A stretch of DNA of 64,000 nt from Octopus vulgaris. Taxonomy: Eukaryota. Both the position numbers and the translations under genes were made by a program. Under the pieces are notes generated by a model. The model was given only the letters and a program-made list of their open reading frames with translations, ran no database searches and was not told the origin of the DNA. This document shows positions 55,512-64,000 of the stretch, one piece after another (the stretch's first letter is position 1; each line of letters begins with the position of its first letter). The DNA lies in NCBI GenBank assembly GCA_951406725.2, contig OX597818.1, positions 91,388,001 to 91,452,000 on the forward strand. Direction: 5' to 3'.

Positions 55512-55767
55512 TTGACGGATGTTTGTCCTCATCCTGTTCGCTGTTCACACGACGCTTCGGCTGATATACCCTCCTGCCTTCATCAGGTGTCTTGGGGAAA
55601 TTTCGAACCTGGGTTCTCATTCCTAAGGCATTTTTCGATGTTATTATTATTATCATCATCATCACCATCATCTTTATTATTATTATTCAGGTCATTGCCT
55701 GGAATCGAACTCGAAATCTTGGAGTTAGTAGCTTGCGCTCTTAACCACTACGCCATATGTCCGTCAA
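55512..55767 (-). mobile_element. tRNA-derived SINE containing a hammerhead ribozyme motif
   Basis: Minus strand: A box TGGCGTAGTGG and B box GTTCGATTCC (55690-55757), an (AAT)n spacer, then the hammerhead at 55547-55590; terminal 8-bp inverted repeat TTGACGGA/TCCGTCAA. Confidence 0.8.
55547..55590 (-). ncRNA. Minimal type-I hammerhead ribozyme motif (A15.1 to G in this copy)
   Basis: ACAC-CUGAUGA-A-GGCAG gaggguauau CAGCC-GAAG-CG-UC-GUGU: stem I ACAC/GUGU, GUC cleavage triplet. Confidence 0.75.
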
Positions 55768-55879
55768 ATGTACATAATATAAATAATGTACATAATATAA
55801 ATAATATACATAAATATATATAAATAATGTACATAATTCCTGATCTCTTAAATATAGAACTGAATCATTATCATTGTCA

Positions 55880-56335
55880 TCATTAGTTAATGTCCGTTGT
55901 CCGTGGGCTAGAATGGTTTGACCAGAGTTGGAAAGCTGGATCAACCAAGAATTTGATTGCCATGGTTTCTACGACTGGATGTCCTTCCTAACGCGAACCA
56001 CTTTACAGAGTGCGCTGGTTGCTTTTACGTGGTAACACACAGGTGCTTCGACACGGCAACAGCACGAGTGCTTTTTATGTGGCTCTGGCACAAGATGCTT
56101 GCAAAGTAGGACCTTAGCACTTCTGCTGTGGAGTACGAGTCTTCTTGAATTCAGCAAGATGCCAGGCATTTTGGTCCTTTGTCATCTCGTCTGAAAGATT
56201 CGGCATCCAGATGTCATCCTCCATTACTTGGTCCCATGTCTTCTTCGGTTTCCCTCATCCGCCTGTCCCATCTACTCTGAGAGATCACCTCTTCTTTATG
56301 GAGGCGTCGGCATCCATCTGCATCACATGGCAATA
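55880..56335 (-). mobile_element. RTE-X-like LINE 3' fragment
   Basis: Minus frame CHVMQMD...GKPKKTWDQVMEDDI...TKDQNAW (GRPKKTW and DR..W motifs) plus 3'UTR. Confidence 0.6.
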
Positions 56336-59300
56336 CAGAAATATATTAGCTACATGAAATTACATGTGTCACACAAATATCTGTCTTTTTTCTTCTATCC
56401 TGTATTTAATACATGTTTCAGACATTGGCCTGCGGTCATGCGGGGACACCGCCTTGAAAGATTTTCATCGAACGAATTGATGCCAGTACACTTTTACAGA
56501 AGCCTGGTCCTTATTCTATCTGTCAACTCATGTCGAACCGCTCATCAACGGGGATGTAAACAAACCAAAACCAGTTGTCAATCGATGACGGTGTACAAAA
56601 ACAAACGTGTGCGCTCACACTCACACACGCGCGTGCACGCGTCTACTCACGAGATTTTGGTCGGCCCGGGGCTATAGTAGAAAACACTTGCCTAAATTGC
56701 TACGCAGTGGACCTGACCTGGGAACCTTGTGTTAGGGAAACAAACTTCTTGTATAATAATATAGCTAAATAATTTATTTTTACACCGGGAAACAGAAGTT
56801 GTATAAGTTTTACCCTAAATAGACTGATAAATAAATATTTAACTGTTCGGTTAATTTATAAAACTTAGATGATATTTATTAAGCCAAACCAAGGTAGTGA
56901 TTTGACAGAATCATTTGCGAACCAAGTAGAATGAGTAGTGATATTTAGTCTGTCTTTGCGTTCTGGGTTCAAATTCCACCAATGTCAACTTCACATTTAA
57001 TCCATTCTTGATGGATAAAATAAGTACCAGTTGAATACTAGGGTCCATTTCATCGACTTATCCCTCTGCTAGCCTTGTGCCAAAATTTTCAAACCATTTG
57101 CGGTGGGACAATCGTTCATACGCCGGGCAAAAAGTGCCTTCCATCAGCCTTGACGTTTTGAATTCAAATCCTGCCTTTCATTCTTTTGAGGTCCATAAAA
57201 TATGTAACAATTGGATTCTGTGGTTGACATAATCAACTTACACCCCCACCCCCTTAAAAGTGCTGGCCTTGTGCCAAAATTTAAATCCAGTGTTTATTAA
57301 CCCAAACTTGTACTCCAGCGTGGCCGCAATCAAAGGACTGAAACAAATGAAAGAATAAAAGAATTTAAGGATTTTCAAACGCTAATTTTAGCATTTTCGA
57401 ATTTAAAGCTGCCAAAACATTCCAGTATTAAAGTTCTTCTGTTTTTGACATAGCTGTATAATGCAATTTCCTAAATATAGATATTTTCAGCTGTGTTGAA
57501 TCAAAAGTAAAATGTCTGGGTTAGTACACTTGTGCTTAAAATTGATGGCTTCAGACGGTTATATACAGAAAAGCTACGCTGTTTAACATAAATACGACAT
57601 ATACACCTTAATATACATGCACATATAATTCACATGTGTAGATAAAATAAATTCTTTAAACGGCCAAATCGAAGGATATAAAGTAAAGACCATGAAGAAA
57701 CTGCACCGGTTTTATAGTCGGGCTGCTATTGCAACGGTTGCTAATCGGTGCAATTGAAACATGCGTTGGTCTATGTAAAGTTGTATATAAATTAAAGAAT
57801 TAATGATAATGCTATGCAACTTCTTAGTAATCTTTATTATTAATAGTGTTTATATATATGTGTGTGAGTGTGTATTTATATGCACAGACATGTGTGAGTG
57901 GTTGTGAGTGTGTAATTGTATAACAGTATTCAGGTATATATGCTTCTAACCATCTAAATTCAACCATCCAAATACATATATAGGTCTAGGAGAGGGTGTG
58001 TTGTAAGTAGCTTGCTTACGAACCACATGGTTCCGGGTTCAGTCGATTTGCGTAGCACCTTGGGCAAGTGTCTTCTACTATAGCCTCCGGTCGACCAATG
58101 AGTGGATTTGATAGACGGAAACTGAAAGACGCCCGTCGTATATATGCATATATATATATATATGTATGTGTGTGTCTGTATACATGTTTGTGTCTGCGTT
58201 TGTCACCCCAATATCGCTTGACAACCGATGCTGGTGTGTTTACGTCCCCGTAACTTAGCGGTTCGGCAAAAGATACCAATAGAATAAGTACTAGGCTTGC
58301 AAAGAATACGTCCTGGGGTCGATTTGCTCGACTAAAGGCGGTGCTCCAGCATGGCCACAGTCAAGTGACTGAAACAAGTAAAAGATTATACACACACACA
58401 CACACGCACACGCACACACACACGCACACGCACACACACACGCACACGCACACACACGTTTAATACTTTTATTTCGAGTATACACCTTGCTTTATGGTGT
58501 TTAAAGCCCCTTCATCGGATTAGGATACCTGATGTGAACAACAGCTTGGAGGTATATAGTACTGGATTTACTTCAGGAACCGTTTTTTCACTGTACATTT
58601 TGTAAAAGTTATCAAAGAAATGAAAGAGAATTCATGTTACACTGTCTTGAGAACCACTACGACTATTTCAACCCATCATGCATCGGTACCTCACAGGGTT
58701 GATGCTTTACGACCAATTATCATGCATTCTCGGTGTAGATGTGTCTCCTCAGGTGACTTTTGACAAAGCGGCTATTTTTAAATTTACCGTTTCGTTTATT
58801 TTCATTACAATACATTTTTTGAAAGAACAGCGACCACTCGTCTCCTTTAGGATCTCAAATGTAATGAAGATCTCTTTTTATATATGCAATAAAGCAAAGC
58901 GTACTACGATAAAAGAATAAGTAATCAAAAAATAAAATGAATAAATCAAATAAAATTACACCGACAATGCTCAGAGTAGAACAAAACAACAATCGGACAT
59001 TATAGCGACTTCTAAATTTCATTAGAATAAATAATTTAATATACACACGCACGCACACACTTGTGAGGACGCATGACCCAGCGGTTAGAGTGCTGTAATC
59101 ACAGTCGCGATATCGTCGTTTCAATTCCTAAACGGGTGGTGCGCTATATTCTTGAGCAAAACATTCATCTTACTTTGCTCTGCTATCACTTCAACACTTG
59201 GTCTTGGTGGCCAGGACGCTATAGTAGCAGATACCACAGGCACCACGGAGTAACAGGGAACCCGGAACAGTGAGGTTGTGTGTGTGTGAATGTGAGGTGT

Positions 59301-59623
59301 CTCATTATAGCTTGACATCCGGTGTTGGTGTGTTTAGGTCGCTTATAACTTAACAGTTCGCGTTAAAATGAAAATACGCACTAGGGTGGATTACACAAAC
59401 TAAAATTCTTCAAGGATGTGCCCCAGCATGGTCGTGACCTCCTGAAACAAACTAAAAAGAAAAGGAACATACATATACACTGAAAGACACACGCATAATT
59501 GTCTGTATTATATATTAATGCTTCTGTCATTAAGTAGAAGGAAGTATGCCAATATTTCGAAGTCACTTCTTCCTTGTAAACACATGCGTATCTATCTATC
59601 ATCTATCTATCTATCTATCTATA

Positions 59624-59700
<77 letters not shown>

Positions 59701-59784
59701 GTCTGACTATCTATCTAACTATCTATTTGTCTGTGTGTATACACACACACAAACACACACATATATATATATATATACTATATA

Positions 59785-59854
<70 letters not shown>

Positions 59855-60259
59855 TACACACATGCATACGCACGCACACACAGAGAAACACATACACACA
59901 AACACATATATAAACTTCACTTACTTTTCAGTAAGAAACTCACCGTATACACTTACATTCCTTATTTCTAGAACATCTGTACGCAAACATCTACATCATA
60001 ATTATAGATATATCCCATTGTATTATACACGCACAAAGCATTATTATCTAATGTTTATTCTCATCACGTATTATCTAGTAATTGTCTTCCACTCTTCCTC
60101 CCACATCCACCTCTATATTCATATACCTCTTCAGTTGCTTTTTTTCCCCCTTTCATTTCTTATATCATTTGTCACAAGGCATTTCGCTGATTCCATAAAT
60201 GTCTTTAACATCCGCCATTTTGAATATCTAGTGTTTCTCTTCAATCTCTTCTTCTTCTT

Positions 60260-60342
<83 letters not shown>

Positions 60343-60834
60343 GATTGTTATTATTATTATTATCATTATTATTATTCTAATCATAATATCTTGTTTAACA
60401 AATGAAGGAAACCTGAAGTGATAAGATACAAATTAGGTTAGACGTCTTTCGCTTTTTTTTCTTTTCCTTTTTGGCTCTGTAATTTATCTTTTTATATTTG
60501 TATGGAAATTTGTTCGACGGCTTAATCAATTATAGTGACTCAATGAAGTTATATTTGATCAGTTGTATGTGAATATCTATTTCGGCTGTGTAATAATAGA
60601 TTGACAAAGAGATCAGTGGATTCCCTTGATAATTAATAATTGAAAATCACAGAATCCGCCCACATATCACACAGATAAACATAAACAGACAGATACGGAG
60701 ATTCGCCACGCATGTACGCATATATAAGCACACACATATGCACATTCATATGTATATAGTTATGTGCATACATTCGTATATAAATATCATAAGTATATAT
60801 ACATATGTAGATACACAAAACCTTTACACAAACA

Positions 60835-60879
<45 letters not shown>

Positions 60880-61339
60880 GCACACCTACAGATATACATA
60901 CATAGGTGCCTCTGTCTAGGTGTGTAGTTATATTTCTCATTAATATTCGTCATAATTGTTTTTAGCTTCAACTGCCATCGATTTCGAGGTCTGTGCAAAC
61001 TTTCTTCTCTCACACTCAGATTATTATGTTTGGTAAATTATATTTACATTTTAGGGAGACCTTCACAGAACATGTTATGGTTGTATACACCCCATTCCTC
61101 TTCACCATAACTTCCTACAATTTGATGTATAGAGTGACCTTTTCTACAGGAGACACACTGTAGTGACCCATCCACTACATTAACCCTCATAGATAAATAT
61201 TATTGAGACGAAATTTAAGACAGCTGCCTGAAATCTGGGTCACATATTTTGAGTTGTCATTTCCTAATCTACCTTGTTTGTTACGCATCTTATGTGCAGT
61301 TCCTAAACTACAAATTCACACAACTCCTAGCGAGATGTA

Positions 61340-61450
<111 letters not shown>

Positions 61451-62409
61451 AGTGTTATAAAAGTAGATGCCCCCTTTGGTCATGAATGACCATGGAATTG
61501 CTCTTTAAGAGGTTGTTTATAGTAGACCAGCAGTCGCCCATGCATACAAGTTTCCCCTCCCCACGCCACTGATGTTATCGAAAGGAAAAGCAAAAGCCGA
61601 TATAGCTTGGCACCAATGGCGTCGCAATACATTTCAACAGCTGAGTGAAATAAAGTGACTTGCCGTGAACAAAATGCACAACTTAGTATCGAAATTACGA
61701 CCTTATGATAGTGAACCGAAATAAATCGTCTTGCTCAGAACACAATACAGAGCTCGATCCGGGAATCGGACTCACTACCTCATGGTTGTGAGCCGGACGC
61801 TCCAACCACTGAGCCATCCGAGCTACGCTACACTGGTTATGTATATAACTGTTGTTTTTAAGCGGTTTGATCATATATCTACGCATAGCTTTATTCTGAT
61901 AAGAAGAAATTCTTGTGTATGATATCCTATTGATGAATATGTGAATATTCCCTGGTGTGTATCTCTGCTTATTAGCCAGGGATTTCATTCAGAGGCGCCG
62001 TTTTCTTACTCTAGTGTTACTATTTGGCTCATACGTGCAAACGTAAGCCGTGGGTGTCGTTTGATGCCTTGGTAATGAGTAGATATTTGCGAAAGGGTAT
62101 AATTGTGACGTTCAAAGGCTCCTTGTTAAGCCGCTGTCTTCTTGCTTCAGCTTTAGACTACTTCGGTTAGTATTAGTATTAAACGCTGTATATATCAATA
62201 TTATAAAATATTTTGTTGTTAATCAAAAATTAATCATTCGGATTTCATCGACTATTCAGTCGTATAGCCCATGTATTAGAATAGAAAATATTATAGGCCA
62301 CAAATTTATGTTCTTTTTCATTCTTGTATGACACCGGTTGTCAAGTGGTGGAGGGGCGAGCACAGATATAAAAACACACGCACACAAACACACACACACA
62401 CACACGTAC

Positions 62410-62447
<38 letters not shown>

Positions 62448-62514
62448 TTATACTATAAAATTAGATTTAATCCTAAATCTAATTTTTCCCTGTAAATTTG
62501 GATTTACTCCCTAA

Positions 62515-62598
<84 letters not shown>

Positions 62599-63409
62599 GG
62601 AAAGTTTACGAAAATAAACAAAAGACGAAGGCAGGTGGAGTACAAACAAACAAATGTATTAGTATAGCGCTCAGGAATAGAAATAGAAAAAGTATTTTAC
62701 GTTTCGAGCCTACGCTCTTCGACAGAAAGATACACAGAAAAAAAACAAGGAGAGAAAAAAATGCGTGTAGGAGCTAACGATCTTTATATATATATATAGA
62801 TAGATAGATGACAATATGTCGTAGCTGTGTGGTAAGACGCTAGTGTGCCAACCACATGCTACCTTGAGCAAGTGTCTTCTACTATATCCTCGGTCCGACC
62901 AAAGCTTTGTGAATGGGATGAAAGAACGAAAGAAGCTCGTCGTATATATATATATATAGGAATTAGTAGAAAACACTTGCTCAAGGTAGCATGTGGTTGG
63001 CATAAAAGCATCTTACCACACAGCTACGACATCCATGCCTAGATAGCGAAGTAGGAAACAGGAAATGGATAGAGATGCTACTTGACTCCCTTATATATTT
63101 TCCTCCTATTTCAGTCAGGTAGGAATGTATCTTGACCAATGCTTACTTCTGTATCTTTTGAAGAATCTTAAAACGAGTCACAGATTCTTAACATCATTCA
63201 TATTTCTGACACATACGTCAGGTATAGTTCAGGAATATAGATCCTTTCAAGAAACTGAGGTTATATAACAAGTTTCCGGTTTTGTCGATCAAGTTCTCAC
63301 AATCAGTCTACTTGTCTTTGTCTTTTTCTCTGTTTCTCTTTCTCTCCTCGCTTTTCTCTCACTTCTTTCTTTCTCCCTCTCTTCCTTTAAGATTTTCTTT
63401 GCAAATATG

Positions 63410-63463
<54 letters not shown>

Positions 63464-64000
63464 ACTTATAAGTAATGGCTAAAGAAAATTATTTCAAAGC
63501 CAATATGCTGATTTTCCACATATAATCTACTCGCTACAGAAAAATTGAACTGAATTCGGGCAAGCTAACCGTTAGAATATTTAAATTTCGTTATCTCCAT
63601 ATTGAATCAATTTCGGATTTAATCTCATAAAAGATTTATTCGTCTTCAGTAGAGCTTACGAGAGAATATAAATAAGGTATTTACATGCGCCCATGGAAAA
63701 GGCCGAAGCAAAAAACATGAGTACATTTAAGTACCCCAGTTATATCTAAAAATAAAAATTCTTTGGTCAGCCTCAGAACAACGTGTTGACTGCTCGCCAC
63801 TACAGATTATAGTGGTTCCAAGCCTCTATAGCGAGTAGTAATAAGTCTACTACTAATATAGGATGAAGTTTTTTTTCTCTACAGAAAAGAATTCCATCAA
63901 GAAATGTGGCAGCATGTACATATATGGGCGTGTGTGTATGAGTGCATAAGGGCATGTCAGTATATGAACGTGGTTTTTATGCTTTGTATACTTCCTTATG

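Noticed and set aside
55690-55762. tRNA genes (also near 36931, 52130-52200 and 13327)
   Set aside because: A/B boxes continue into repeat bodies without a proper acceptor stem; these are SINE heads.

Overview
AT-rich, microsatellite-dense eukaryotic DNA, inferred to be octopus (coleoid cephalopod) from the gene content. It covers part of a tandem S-crystallin (sigma-GST-derived lens protein) cluster on the + strand. The last two exons of an upstream paralog lie at 1063-1170 and 10102-10266. One complete six-exon gene lies at 26695-26827, 30054-30149, 36654-36769, 40977-41006, 42225-42332 and 52442-52606 (648 nt, 215 aa, all introns GT-AG). The ORF track shows only fragments of it. The rest is repeats: a young RTE LINE with a 5' inversion, decayed RTE, RTE-X, Tx1 and CR1-like LINEs, a Helitron relic, a TIR-to-TIR DD34D mariner and many tRNA-derived SINEs. 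The most unexpected signal is about a dozen type-I hammerhead-ribozyme-like motifs in short repeats. They have palindromic minimal stem III as in Penelope-like elements, and recurrent atypical cores (CCGANGA; CUGUNGA plus an extra A). One of them sits inside a tRNA-derived SINE. All folds and translations were done by eye; no database search or activity assay was run.
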